A stretch of DNA of 57,456 nucleotides from Candidatus Dojkabacteria bacterium (GTDB taxonomy: Bacteria; Patescibacteriota; Dojkabacteria; B142; JAFGMG01). Position numbers and translations under genes: made by a program. The notes beneath the pieces are model-generated. The model was not told where the DNA came from. It was given only the letters and a program-made list of their open reading frames with translations, and searched no databases. Below, piece by piece: positions 1 to 9,347 of the stretch (position 1 is the stretch's first letter; every line of letters starts with the position of its first letter). Location of the stretch: assembly GCA_016927655.1 (NCBI GenBank), contig JAFGMG010000003.1, positions 1 through 57,456 of the forward strand, given 5' to 3'.

Positions 1-132
1 CAGTCCTTCTACTCCATTCTGACTGCTGTATATTTCATAGTCTTCCTCCACCTTTCTGTCCCACGACGCTATCAGGGTCTTGATCCCCTCTCTGATTGCA
101 TAATCGTCGTCTAATAAGACTATTCTTTTCAT
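1..132 (-). CDS. response regulator receiver-domain protein (5' part only, runs off the window edge)
   Basis: Manual translation from ATG at 132: MKRIVLLDDDYAIREGIKTLIASWDRKVEEDYEIYSSQNGVEGL. This is a typical receiver beta1-DD acidic pocket followed by NGxEGL. Not in the ORF track. Confidence 0.8.
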   Translation of the reverse strand, partial: MKRIVLLDDDYAIREGIKTLIASWDRKVEEDYEIYSSQNGVEGL

Positions 133-205
133 TTCGGGGTGCTAATAATTCAATTATCACAGCTTAGCAGAATCAGTTTAGCTTGTGAATATCATTGCAA
201 GCTAT

Positions 206-235
206 TTGGCAAACAGGCAATTACTCTGCTAAAAT
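206..235 (+). promoter_or_regulatory. sigma70-type promoter for dnaJ (probably leaderless)
   Basis: TTGGCA(206-211)-18 nt-TAAAAT(230-235) with extended TG; ATG lies 6 nt downstream. Confidence 0.55.
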
Positions 236-241
236 ACCCTC

Positions 242-1366
242 ATGGCAAAACGAGATTACTACGAAGTGCTTGGAGTCGGGAAAACCGCATCCAAGGCTGA
301 GATCAAAAAGAAATACAGGCAGCTGGCGAAAGAATATCACCCAGACCGCAACAGTGCTTCCGATGCAGAAGAGAAATTTAAAGAAGTAAAAGAAGCTTAC
401 GAAGTGCTTTCAGACGACCAGAAAAGGACTGCATATGATCAATACGGCCACGCTGGCACTCAGGGCTTTGGAGCTGGCGGCAATGGCGGATTCTCCGGAT
501 TCTCAGGTTTTGAGGATATGGGGAATTTAAATGAAATTTTCGAACAGTTTTTCGGTGGAGGATTCAGCGGGTTTGGAGGCCGGGGTTTCAGCTCCCAGGG
601 TTTTAGCGGCCAAGGCTTTGGCAGCAGAGGCCAGACATCGATCAGAGGCGCCGATCTTGAGGTGACCTTGAGAATCTCTTTCAATCACGCTGTCTTTGGA
701 ACAGAAAAAACAATTCTTTACAAAAGGAAAGTTGTCTGCGACAAATGCAAAGGGAAAGGCGCCGAAAAAGAAAGCGATATTGAGACATGCCCAACCTGTA
801 AAGGTTCCGGTCAAATAGTTCGAGTTCAAAGAACGTTTATAGGAAACATTCAAACGGCCGCCAGATGCCCAGAATGTCAAGGCAATGGCAGCATTATCAA
901 AACCAAATGCAGTAAATGCAGAGGCGATGGCCGGATTGAAAAAGAAGAAGATTTTTCCTTAAAGATTCCACCGGGCATTCCAGATGGAGTTACACTAAGA
1001 TTTCGCGACCGCGGGAACGCAGGCCAAGGAGGCGGAAATTATGGAGATTTATTCGTAAATATCGAGGTCGAGCAAAGTGATGAATTTGAAAGACGCGGGA
1101 ATGACATTTATTCAGAAATCACTATTAATCCTGCACAAGCTGTCCTAGGCGACATTATTGCTATAAATACCGTTCATGGAGAAACAAAACTCAAAATTAA
1201 ATCCGGGACACAGCCAAATCATATTTTCCGCCTCTCTGGCAAAGGAGGCCCGCGCTTCAGGGGCAAAGGAAATGGGGATCACTACATTAAAATCAATGTA
1301 GAAATTCCCAAAAAACCGGGACGCAAGGAGCGGAAAATCTGGGAGAAGCTCCGAGATAGCCTATAA
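242..1366 (+). CDS. dnaJ: molecular chaperone DnaJ
   Basis: J-domain with HPD, G/F-rich region, four CxxCxGxG repeats, C-terminal DnaJ domains. Confidence 0.98.
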   Translation: MAKRDYYEVLGVGKTASKAEIKKKYRQLAKEYHPDRNSASDAEEKFKEVKEAYEVLSDDQKRTAYDQYGHAGTQGFGAGGNGGFSGFSGFEDMGNLNEIFEQFFGGGFSGFGGRGFSSQGFSGQGFGSRGQTSIRGADLEVTLRISFNHAVFGTEKTILYKRKVVCDKCKGKGAEKESDIETCPTCKGSGQIVRVQRTFIGNIQTAARCPECQGNGSIIKTKCSKCRGDGRIEKEEDFSLKIPPGIPDGVTLRFRDRGNAGQGGGNYGDLFVNIEVEQSDEFERRGNDIYSEITINPAQAVLGDIIAINTVHGETKLKIKSGTQPNHIFRLSGKGGPRFRGKGNGDHYIKINVEIPKKPGRKERKIWEKLRDSL

Positions 1367-1403
1367 ATTCAATATATATCACCCCCTTAAAATGCCCGAA
1401 AAT

Positions 1404-1433
1404 TTGACGAACCGGGATACATGTCCATATAAT
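1404..1433 (+). promoter_or_regulatory. sigma70-type promoter
   Basis: TTGACG(1404-1409)-18 nt-TATAAT(1428-1433), upstream of the 1483 ORF. Confidence 0.6.
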
Positions 1434-1482
1434 GGCTTCTAATCCTTCCTGATTTCGAACTAACATATTACGATTCGTCCTG

Positions 1483-2247
1483 ATGGTAGATCTGCAAGAT
1501 GTTTGTTCTTTGCCTATTAGATTCAACTCTGCCACGACGACTTTTGAATTTTCCGATCCGATTAAATGCAGACACTCACAAACTATCAGTCTGCAAAATT
1601 TGATTCCTGCCCTTTTGAATAAAACTCTTCGATATCCTGAAAACGTTTATGAGGAGAATATTGATCTATTCCTATGCAATGACGCAGAAATTTTTGACAG
1701 CGAGAAATTACATTATGAAGTAATAATCCTGCCATCGGGTCTTTTGGGGATCGAATATATCAAATCTCATGTTTATTATTCTCCAAAACATCAAGGCAAA
1801 ACGAGCTCAATTGTTGAATGCCTTTACGGAATTTTGACAATAATTATCCAAAAAAATATGCCTAAAGATGAATTTGACTTTGAAACTACTGTCTCAGAAG
1901 GAATGATGATAAAACTTCGAAGAGGTGAAAAAGTGGAAATCCCGACCGGATATTTCTACACTTTTATCAATACTAGAAGCACTCCCGCAATTTTCTCACG
2001 AACCTACAAAAACAAGGGAATAGTTGATTACGCCATGCTGCAGAATGAGAAAGGTCTAGCGTATTTTGCAATTAGAAAAAATGCACGCGCAGAAATTGTC
2101 TATAACCCTAGATACAAGCATGTCCCAAGGCTCAGTAAATACACGCCAAATTGCGATAAATTCAAATTCGCCTTCCCAAAGATAAGTGTCTATGACGCGG
2201 TCAAGAAAAACACAGGATATTTCATGGATAAGCTACTCGAATTCTAG
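1483..2247 (+). CDS. cupin-type glucose-6-phosphate isomerase-like protein with degenerate metal site
   Basis: YEVIILPSGLLGIEYIKS, IVECLYG, IPTGYFYTFIN, KGLAYF and NPRY match the archaeal-type cupin PGI layout; the His/Glu ligands are substituted. Confidence 0.7.
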   Translation: MVDLQDVCSLPIRFNSATTTFEFSDPIKCRHSQTISLQNLIPALLNKTLRYPENVYEENIDLFLCNDAEIFDSEKLHYEVIILPSGLLGIEYIKSHVYYSPKHQGKTSSIVECLYGILTIIIQKNMPKDEFDFETTVSEGMMIKLRRGEKVEIPTGYFYTFINTRSTPAIFSRTYKNKGIVDYAMLQNEKGLAYFAIRKNARAEIVYNPRYKHVPRLSKYTPNCDKFKFAFPKISVYDAVKKNTGYFMDKLLEF

Positions 2248-3560
2248 TTAATAATTTTTTTGCCGACGTATTTCTGTAAGACTTCCGGAACTTTGATGCT
2301 ACCATCTTCCTGTTGATAGTTCTCAAGAATCGCAATTAGTATTCTTGGCGAAGCAATCACCGTATTATTCAGCATATAAGGATAATATTTCTCTCCATTT
2401 TTTGTTTTTACTCTAGTATTTAACCTTCTTGCCTGCCAGTCTAAAAGATTTGAAGCTGAATGTGTCTCACCATATCCCTCCCTACTTGGCATCCACGTTT
2501 CAATGTCATACATTTTATATTTACCTGCTCCCATGTCCCCTGTACAAATCTGCAAAACACGGTATGGAAGTCCAAGGTCTCTCAATACTTCCTCAGCGTA
2601 GCTAAGCATCTGCTGATGCCATTTCTCAGCCTCATTTTTATCGTTTTTGCATATTACAACCTGCTCAATCTTTAAAAATTCGTGAATTCTATAAAGGCCC
2701 TTGGTATCTTTACCATAACTCCCTATTTCACTTCTGTAGCAAGGCGAAAAACCTGCAAATTTGATAGGCAGATTTTCCTCATTTAAAGTTTCATCAGCAT
2801 GATAACCCAATAGTGCAGGCTCGGATGTACCAGCTAAATATTTTCTGGTGCTGGAATCCTGTTCTTCCTCGACATGGGTCATACTATCTACGTAGTAGAT
2901 ATTTCCAGTATCAAAAGGGAAATGCCCGCTTCCAAAAAGCACCTTTTCATTTACTATCGTTGGAGTAACCATCGGAGTAAATCCTTTCTCTATCATTTTG
3001 CTCAAAGCATATTGCATCAACCCAAAATGGAGAAGAACAAGATCATTTTTGAGATAGTATCCTCTAAATCCACTTGTTGTAGCACCCTTTTCGAGATCGA
3101 ATAAATCCAAATCCAGTCCCAGTTGAATGTGATCTTTTATTTTAAAGTTAAATTTCTCCGGATCACCGCCATCACCGCCCTCTTTACTCCATCGCCTCAC
3201 TTCGACATTATTACTTTCATCATTACCGACAGGGGTATCCTCAGAAGGGATCATCGGAACAAATGCCATCAACTCATCAAATTGCGGCTTTATTTGAGAA
3301 GTCTCTTCTAAAATTTTTTGAATTTCCTCTTTAAGTTGGCGGCCTTTATCAATTGCTGCTTGATCGGGTTTCCCCCCGGATTTTTTCATAAGATCGGCAT
3401 TCTCATTTCTTTCTTTTTGTAGCTCATTTAGCCTCTTTTCTAAATTTTTTAACTGGTCATCCAATTCAATAATTTTTATTATATCCACACTCACGTTTTT
3501 ATCCTTTGCAACTTCTTGCAGTCTATCAATATTTTCCCTTATAAATTTAATATCAAGCAT
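2244..3560 (-). CDS. serS: seryl-tRNA synthetase
   Basis: MLDIKFIRE start (ATG 3560), N-terminal coiled coil, GTSE, motif 2 YRSE...RIHEF, motif 3 ASPR, ENYQ. Confidence 0.98.
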   Translation of the reverse strand: MLDIKFIRENIDRLQEVAKDKNVSVDIIKIIELDDQLKNLEKRLNELQKERNENADLMKKSGGKPDQAAIDKGRQLKEEIQKILEETSQIKPQFDELMAFVPMIPSEDTPVGNDESNNVEVRRWSKEGGDGGDPEKFNFKIKDHIQLGLDLDLFDLEKGATTSGFRGYYLKNDLVLLHFGLMQYALSKMIEKGFTPMVTPTIVNEKVLFGSGHFPFDTGNIYYVDSMTHVEEEQDSSTRKYLAGTSEPALLGYHADETLNEENLPIKFAGFSPCYRSEIGSYGKDTKGLYRIHEFLKIEQVVICKNDKNEAEKWHQQMLSYAEEVLRDLGLPYRVLQICTGDMGAGKYKMYDIETWMPSREGYGETHSASNLLDWQARRLNTRVKTKNGEKYYPYMLNNTVIASPRILIAILENYQQEDGSIKVPEVLQKYVGKKIIN

Positions 3561-3624
3561 GTGAAAAAGCCTTAACAATAAAGTAATATTAGCACAACTT
3601 TGACCAGCAAGCTAGAAAAACTCA

Positions 3625-3654
3625 TTGACCTGGATTGATAAATTTTGCTAGTAT
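3625..3654 (+). promoter_or_regulatory. sigma70-type promoter facing a non-coding stretch
   Basis: TTGACC(3625-3630)-18 nt-TAGTAT(3649-3654) with extended TG; no + strand ORF follows. Confidence 0.55.
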
Positions 3655-3660
3655 GAGAAT

Positions 3661-3752
3661 GTCTTTCCAATCACAGAGAGAGGCTTATATTGGACAAGTT
3701 TAAAAGTACGCGAACCAATGCTGAAAAGGCCTTATTTGGAAAGACTTTTTTT
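3661..3752 (+). ncRNA. candidate small structured RNA of unknown family
   Basis: Closing stem GTCTTTCCAA/TTGGAAAGAC, inner stems AGGCUU/AGGCCU and UAUUGG/CCAAUG, 3' U-tract, promoter directly upstream. Confidence 0.45.
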
Positions 3753-5844
3753 ATTTTGAAGTAAGTATCTCAACTTTGATTTTACCAGCAGAAGGCATCG
3801 ATTTCATAAACCCAGGCAGGAAAAACGGTCCTACAGACAAATTATAATCTTCAACGCCTTCTTTGCTGTTTAAATATTCTTTTGCAGCACCAATTGATTT
3901 ACCGGCAAGCTCATTTGATATCTCCTCTTCGGTGAAATCAGCAGTGATATCCCCCTGTGAATCAATCTGGAATTTTATTTCATTTTCTCCAGGCACGACA
4001 TTGATGATTTCCACATTATCAAGTGCATCCAAATCCACCTCTCCTTCAAATTCACTTTCTGATTTAATAATTTCTGAGACAATCTGCTTCAGCTCAGCCT
4101 CTTTTACAAAATATGCTGTCGCTTCAAGCTCCAGACTTACGGTCACATTGTCGGCTTTTTCGCCGGCCTTGGCATCTGAAGATGATTTCGGCGTTCCATA
4201 AGTTATTGTTTCTTCAAGAAGAACCTCATCATCCGCAACAGAATCCCTGAACTCGTTTAGCAGTCTATTCTTCAGCTCATCGACTAGACCATCTTCCAGA
4301 TCAGTGATGTCTTTTTCACTAACGGCTCTCTCTTCACTCGTGTCCCCGCCCTCAATACTCCCAAAGCTTTTTGCACTTAATTCATCTGTAGTAAAGCCGT
4401 CAAATTTATAGCTTGCAGTTCCGCTGGTATTGTACTTCTCCCCGAAACTATCTGCTTGTATCGAAACATCTTTTTTGACACCAAGATTGAGATTATCCGC
4501 GCCGTCTACAACAGCGGCCGGAACTGCAGTAGCGGCCAACACCCTGTATTTCAAGCCTGTAGAAATATTTTCCATCAAAGCGCCCGCTGGCAGATTTATT
4601 TCCTCTTCTTTTTTGTTATAAATCGTCACAAGACCCTGAGCCCTATTTCCATCTTCGACATTTCCAGTCGTATCCGTCGTATTCGAGCTGCTATCGCTTA
4701 TCTTCAATGGATAAACAGGAATGACCAAATTTTCAACATTTATCTCGCTGCCGCCGATTTCTCCAGTGATCTCTTTGCTCACAGCAACATTTTGAGCTTT
4801 TGTATATATTTTCAAACTTGCAGTATTGAACACAAACATCGATAAGAATATTAAGACCAGGAGAGAAATCCCTGCAGTTACGGCTATTTTCAACCTTGTA
4901 TTACCCGTGCTATAAAACAGCTTGATTCGCTGTAAAGCCCTATTAATTGGATTATCAGCGGGAATGACAGGAGTTTTTGGACCCCTGGAAAAGTCCTGCT
5001 GCATTCTTCTCTTTCTTGGATTCTCCGGCACTATTTTCGAGAGATCTCTTCCAATCAAACTTGCGGTGTCCAACCCCGCTTCTTCTTCAAATTCCTCTTC
5101 CTCTTCAAATTTTTGTTCATTTTTATCTTGCTGTTTTTCCTTTTCTTCTTCTATTTCTTCTTCATTCTCTTTTAAAATATTTTCACTTCTAATATCTACT
5201 TCATCTTTTTTTTCTATTCTCCCATCAAGAACTCCGGGATCTTTTTTTTCTGTCTCCAGAAGTTCTTTTTGGAATTTTTCGTTAATCTCAATATCTCCGC
5301 CAGCCAAGACTTTGATATTTCCAAGATTTACTATTTTTGGGTCCAGTCTTGGTTTCTGGGACATTGGAGGAGTGTAGACAGGCTGGTTTGATAATTGAGC
5401 CTCAGCTTCCTGCTGAGCCTTCTTTGCTTCTTCCTGTCCTTTAGGTGTTTCTTTCGAATTGTTATCGATTATCTGGTAGTTATCTGTTTCCTGTCTGCTG
5501 CTAATAAGCTCATTTTTCAATTTTCTTCTTTCTTCTTGAAACTTCTTTTTCTTTTCTTCTGCCTGGACCCAGACATCAGGACCAATCTGGCTGATTTTTT
5601 CTTTTGAAATCAAACCCGCTTTTTCGGATAGTTTCAATCCAAGTTTATCTTCAGTAACAAGGATAATCAGCTTATTTGACTTGGCGATCTGGCTGGATAG
5701 AAGTTTCAAACTTATCAAACTCGCTACAAGGTTGGCACTTTCAGGTACTACGACTATCACCCTATCACTCGCAGCTTGTGCGATTTTTTCAACTGTAAAA
5801 ACTATTTCCTCATCAAGATCGACGAAGATTTTGTCACTTGCCAT
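3751..5844 (-). CDS. bitopic membrane protein with baseplate J/gp47-like extracellular domain
   Basis: N-terminal alpha/beta domain (IFVDLDEEI...VIVVVPE), charged linker, single TM at about aa 320-340, then A.G.VTIYN..LPAG..GLKY..IQA..GEKYN..IEGG motifs. Confidence 0.7.
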   Translation of the reverse strand: MASDKIFVDLDEEIVFTVEKIAQAASDRVIVVVPESANLVASLISLKLLSSQIAKSNKLIILVTEDKLGLKLSEKAGLISKEKISQIGPDVWVQAEEKKKKFQEERRKLKNELISSRQETDNYQIIDNNSKETPKGQEEAKKAQQEAEAQLSNQPVYTPPMSQKPRLDPKIVNLGNIKVLAGGDIEINEKFQKELLETEKKDPGVLDGRIEKKDEVDIRSENILKENEEEIEEEKEKQQDKNEQKFEEEEEFEEEAGLDTASLIGRDLSKIVPENPRKRRMQQDFSRGPKTPVIPADNPINRALQRIKLFYSTGNTRLKIAVTAGISLLVLIFLSMFVFNTASLKIYTKAQNVAVSKEITGEIGGSEINVENLVIPVYPLKISDSSSNTTDTTGNVEDGNRAQGLVTIYNKKEEEINLPAGALMENISTGLKYRVLAATAVPAAVVDGADNLNLGVKKDVSIQADSFGEKYNTSGTASYKFDGFTTDELSAKSFGSIEGGDTSEERAVSEKDITDLEDGLVDELKNRLLNEFRDSVADDEVLLEETITYGTPKSSSDAKAGEKADNVTVSLELEATAYFVKEAELKQIVSEIIKSESEFEGEVDLDALDNVEIINVVPGENEIKFQIDSQGDITADFTEEEISNELAGKSIGAAKEYLNSKEGVEDYNLSVGPFFLPGFMKSMPSAGKIKVEILTSK

Positions 5845-5849
5845 CTCTT

Positions 5850-7070
5850 TTAGTTTCTAATCATTAAAGCTAAAGCTGCCGGCGCGATATCACTTTGATC
5901 TATGAGCGTTCTGGTTTGATCGTCTATCCCCTCAAGCTGATTTGGGAAAAGATATTCCATTTTTGGAAATTTCGCAAACGGAAGCACTTGCAGCCATGGG
6001 TGTGACATCAAACCTCTTCTAATATCAGGTAAAATACTGCCCCCTCCTGAAAAATACATTTGAGTCGGGAATGTGTCTATTTCCTCAAATTCTGCAAGCG
6101 AAATTTCAACTCCTTCAGTCCAGACGGAGATATCCTTCTGGATACTATCCTGGACTGCTTTTGCCTGTTTCTGTGACAGTTTCTGATTTGAATAGTCAAG
6201 TTTCATTTTTTCCGCTTCTTCGAGCTCCACCTTAAAATCGGTTGCTATCCTCTTGGTGAATACATCTCCGCCAAAAGCGAACATTTTTGTACCCATTACA
6301 GCTCCGTTTTTCACCACTGCAATGTCCGTTGTCCCGCCTCCGACATCAATGAATATCCCTGAGAATGCCTGATCATGGGAGCCTTTTACACTTCTTGCTA
6401 TCGCATAGGGTTCAACAACTACTTCAAGAATTTCCAGACCGAGTTTGTCGGCAAGCTCTTTGAGTGAATTCAAATGTAGACTTGGGGAAAATGTTGTGTA
6501 AATGGAATATTCTGCCTTTGAGCCGGTGAATCCTATCGGATTATCAAGCTTTACATTGTCTAAGTATGTCGCTACAAGGCTCGTCGAGATTTCCTCTATC
6601 TGTGCCTCATTTAGCCCTAATTCTTCAGACATGTCCGCTTTGACTTGATCAAACATCTGGTCTTTGACCTGAGCCATTACATCGTCAATTTCTTTTTGTT
6701 CAATCTTTTTATTTGGCTTCTCCCGGTCGTAGTCTGCTACTATTGTTACCCCTTTGACCAATTCACCAGCAATACCAAGGATAACCTTGTCTGGCAGACC
6801 AAGATCAGTGCCCGCGATTTTGTCTGCGGCACTCAGCGCTCTGCCGATGCAGATATCTGTCGAACTGATCACATTTTGGAGATTGACAATCATAGCGCTG
6901 TGCATGGAGTTGCTCTGCTGCGGAGTTTTTGCGTAGCCTAAAACTTTGACATTTAATCCATCGCGCTTGAATATTACGGCTTTGATAAATCTGGTTCCTA
7001 CATCAAGTGCCAGGAGTATCTCGTCCGTTTCATTCGCTTTTTTCTTTTTTGAAAAGAATGGTATCCTCAT
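5850..7070 (-). CDS. FtsA-like actin-superfamily ATPase
   Basis: ALDVGT phosphate-1, VEPYA, IDVGGGTTD phosphate-2, AEKMK, SGGGS adenosine motif; likely start ATG 7070. Confidence 0.85.
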   Translation of the reverse strand: MRIPFFSKKKKANETDEILLALDVGTRFIKAVIFKRDGLNVKVLGYAKTPQQSNSMHSAMIVNLQNVISSTDICIGRALSAADKIAGTDLGLPDKVILGIAGELVKGVTIVADYDREKPNKKIEQKEIDDVMAQVKDQMFDQVKADMSEELGLNEAQIEEISTSLVATYLDNVKLDNPIGFTGSKAEYSIYTTFSPSLHLNSLKELADKLGLEILEVVVEPYAIARSVKGSHDQAFSGIFIDVGGGTTDIAVVKNGAVMGTKMFAFGGDVFTKRIATDFKVELEEAEKMKLDYSNQKLSQKQAKAVQDSIQKDISVWTEGVEISLAEFEEIDTFPTQMYFSGGGSILPDIRRGLMSHPWLQVLPFAKFPKMEYLFPNQLEGIDDQTRTLIDQSDIAPAALALMIRN

Positions 7071-7217
7071 AGGAGTCCAAAACAAACACCCATCTTTGAT
7101 TAAGGTGGTAAAATCAGTTTACAGCATATGAAGATTTTTTTCGAGTGGGAAACAAACTTGTGATAAAATTGATAGGATGAGAATAAATTGGTATAATTAT
7201 ATAATTAATATATTGAC

Positions 7218-7991
7218 TTGTTGGGGACAATATTTAAAATTATAAACAAAAACTACTACACAGACAATCACTTTACACGAGGGGTAATACCAAAGCGGGA
7301 ACCTTTAGGTGGAGATTATTATGACATCGGCTACTATGGAGGTCAGAAACATAATCAGGGAATAAATTATCCGCGAGATGGGTCATATTTAAATCCCGAA
7401 TCTTCGGTCAAATACAAGTTCATTGATCTTAACAAATGGGTTAATAAATATTCCATCAATGGAAAGGTATTGGATATTGGCTCTGGTCCTGGTCACTTTT
7501 GCTATTGGAGTAAAAAACTTCACACAAATTATAAAGTGTTTGGATGTGACATTTCGAAAGAATTGCTAAATCATCCAATAAATAACAATGATGATTACAA
7601 GATTTGTTCCGCCACTTCCTTGGATTATGAAGATAATTCTTTTAATGCAGTTCTTTTATTTGATATCTTGGAACACTTATCGCCAGATGAAGTAGTTCAT
7701 GCTCTTCAAGAAGCCCTCCGAGTACTAAAACCAAATGGCTATATTTTCATTCGTATTCCAAATAGGGAAACTTGGACAAGAGCTACTTGGCGAGATCAAG
7801 CGCACGTATGGCTGCCGAATCTCTCTGAATTAAAAGATGTATTGACCGATAATGGTTTTGAAAGAAAGACGATTCAAAAAACAACAAGAGGGTTTCCTTT
7901 TAGCCCGACATATTACAAAATATTTCATAAGGATTTCCGCTTTCCAGTTTTAGGTAGTTCAATTATGCTCTCTGCCCGCAAAAGCTATTGA
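7218..7991 (+). CDS. class I SAM-dependent methyltransferase
   Basis: VLDIGSGPG motif I, GCDIS, FDILEHL, RVLKPNG; start uncertain; AT-rich. Confidence 0.9.
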   Translation: MLGTIFKIINKNYYTDNHFTRGVIPKREPLGGDYYDIGYYGGQKHNQGINYPRDGSYLNPESSVKYKFIDLNKWVNKYSINGKVLDIGSGPGHFCYWSKKLHTNYKVFGCDISKELLNHPINNNDDYKICSATSLDYEDNSFNAVLLFDILEHLSPDEVVHALQEALRVLKPNGYIFIRIPNRETWTRATWRDQAHVWLPNLSELKDVLTDNGFERKTIQKTTRGFPFSPTYYKIFHKDFRFPVLGSSIMLSARKSY

Positions 7992-8016
7992 CTTAATATA
8001 TATAAGGCTATATAAT
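7988..8016 (+). promoter_or_regulatory. near-consensus sigma70 promoter
   Basis: TTGACT(7988-7993)-17 nt-TATAAT(8011-8016). Confidence 0.75.
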
Positions 8017-8044
8017 TACTTGCATTATATATTAGTAATCAAAA

Positions 8045-8623
8045 ATGAAAATTTTCTTTCTTGGAGTTCGCGATAGTAGCATGTATCCAGTATACAAAAA
8101 GGTTATCAAAGAGCTAAAAAAATCTGCTCATAGTGTTGATTCAGAATGGATGACAGCAACCAAAGAGGAAGACGCAGAACATTTTGAGAATTCATACAAA
8201 AGGAATATGCAATCTATCAAAAACTGTGATTTTGTAGTAGCAGAAACCAGCTTGATATCAAGCGGCTTGGGCTTTCAAATTGCAACAGCCCTCAATCAAA
8301 AAAAGCCCGTAATTGCCCTGTATAATCCCAAAAAGCAGAATCCTTCAGCTACATTAAAGGGTTCTTCGGATAGAAATAAATACCTTTTTTATGCAGAATA
8401 CAATTCCGACGAAGATATACAGAAATTGCTTGATACTACAATAGCAAAAGTCAAAAGCAGTCTCGACACCAAGTTCATTCTTATCATTCCTTCAGAAATC
8501 GATAGATACCTGGAATGGGCAAGTGACTATAAAAGAATGCACAAAGCACAGCTTGTAAGGCAGGCTATTGAAGACTATATGCAAAGAGATACTGACTGGA
8601 AAGAATTTTTAAGCGAAGAATAA
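8045..8623 (+). CDS. nucleoside 2-deoxyribosyltransferase-like domain fused to a C-terminal ribbon-helix-helix
   Basis: CDFVVAE.S..SSGLGFQI..A...KKPVIAL NDT-like core; C-terminal KFILII-helix-KAQLVRQAI RHH pattern. Confidence 0.7.
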   Translation: MKIFFLGVRDSSMYPVYKKVIKELKKSAHSVDSEWMTATKEEDAEHFENSYKRNMQSIKNCDFVVAETSLISSGLGFQIATALNQKKPVIALYNPKKQNPSATLKGSSDRNKYLFYAEYNSDEDIQKLLDTTIAKVKSSLDTKFILIIPSEIDRYLEWASDYKRMHKAQLVRQAIEDYMQRDTDWKEFLSEE

Positions 8624-8646
8624 AGAGAAAAAACTGGAAAAGGAAT

Positions 8647-9276
8647 TTATCTTGGGAAGCTGCCGCTAATTGACTCTTCCTGCATTTCTATAGTCTGTTT
8701 GACACTATCATCTACCTCCACACCTTCTTTTTGAAGCGCTCGAACCAGTGGATTAAGAGGCAGACCGACAATATTGAAATAACTTCCCTCAATTGATTCT
8801 ACAAACATGCCGCCATCACCCTGAATCGCATAGGCTCCAGCCTTGTCCAATGGCTCTTCAGTAGCAACGTAGTCTTTTATCTGCTTTGGAGTTAATTTTT
8901 TAAATTTTATCGAAGTTCTCTGTGCTCCTTGATATTTCGGCTCACCGTCAATCATCAGCACAACAGAAGAAACCACTTCATGGGCACGCCCGCTCAGCTT
9001 TTTTAAAACTTTTTCTGCATCCTTTGAGTCTTTTGGCTTGCCGATTATATCTCCATCAAGATCAATAACCATGTCATGAGCAACAATAAGTGCCCCTTTA
9101 TTCGTCTTGGAGACTTTCTGGGCTTTCTCAAGCGCCATTCTCCGTACATAATTCTCCGGATTCTCCCCTTTATTCACTTTCTCCTCAATATCTGGGTCCT
9201 CTACATTGAAAACAAGCCCAAGTTTATTCAGAAGACTCTTCTTTTGAGGAGATTTACTAGCAAGAATTAATTTCAT
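8647..9276 (-). CDS. maf: Maf-family nucleoside triphosphate pyrophosphatase
   Basis: LILASKSP, IIGKP, LSGRAH, DKAGAYAIQG, GSYFNIVGLP. Confidence 0.93.
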   Translation of the reverse strand: MKLILASKSPQKKSLLNKLGLVFNVEDPDIEEKVNKGENPENYVRRMALEKAQKVSKTNKGALIVAHDMVIDLDGDIIGKPKDSKDAEKVLKKLSGRAHEVVSSVVLMIDGEPKYQGAQRTSIKFKKLTPKQIKDYVATEEPLDKAGAYAIQGDGGMFVESIEGSYFNIVGLPLNPLVRALQKEGVEVDDSVKQTIEMQEESISGSFPR

Positions 9277-9347
9277 TTATTTCGCGTAACATCTTTTCGG
9301 GAAGTGTGCCTAATTATAGCATAAAACAGCCACTTTTGCAGTGCGAA

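Noticed and set aside
3561..3750. T-box leader for serS on the minus strand
   Set aside because: No GGTGGNACC motif or terminator on that strand; G.U pairs favour the + strand structure
3751..5844. Prophage or contractile injection system suggested by the baseplate-J domain
   Set aside because: No tail, sheath, capsid or terminase genes; the protein has a TM helix and sits among core genes
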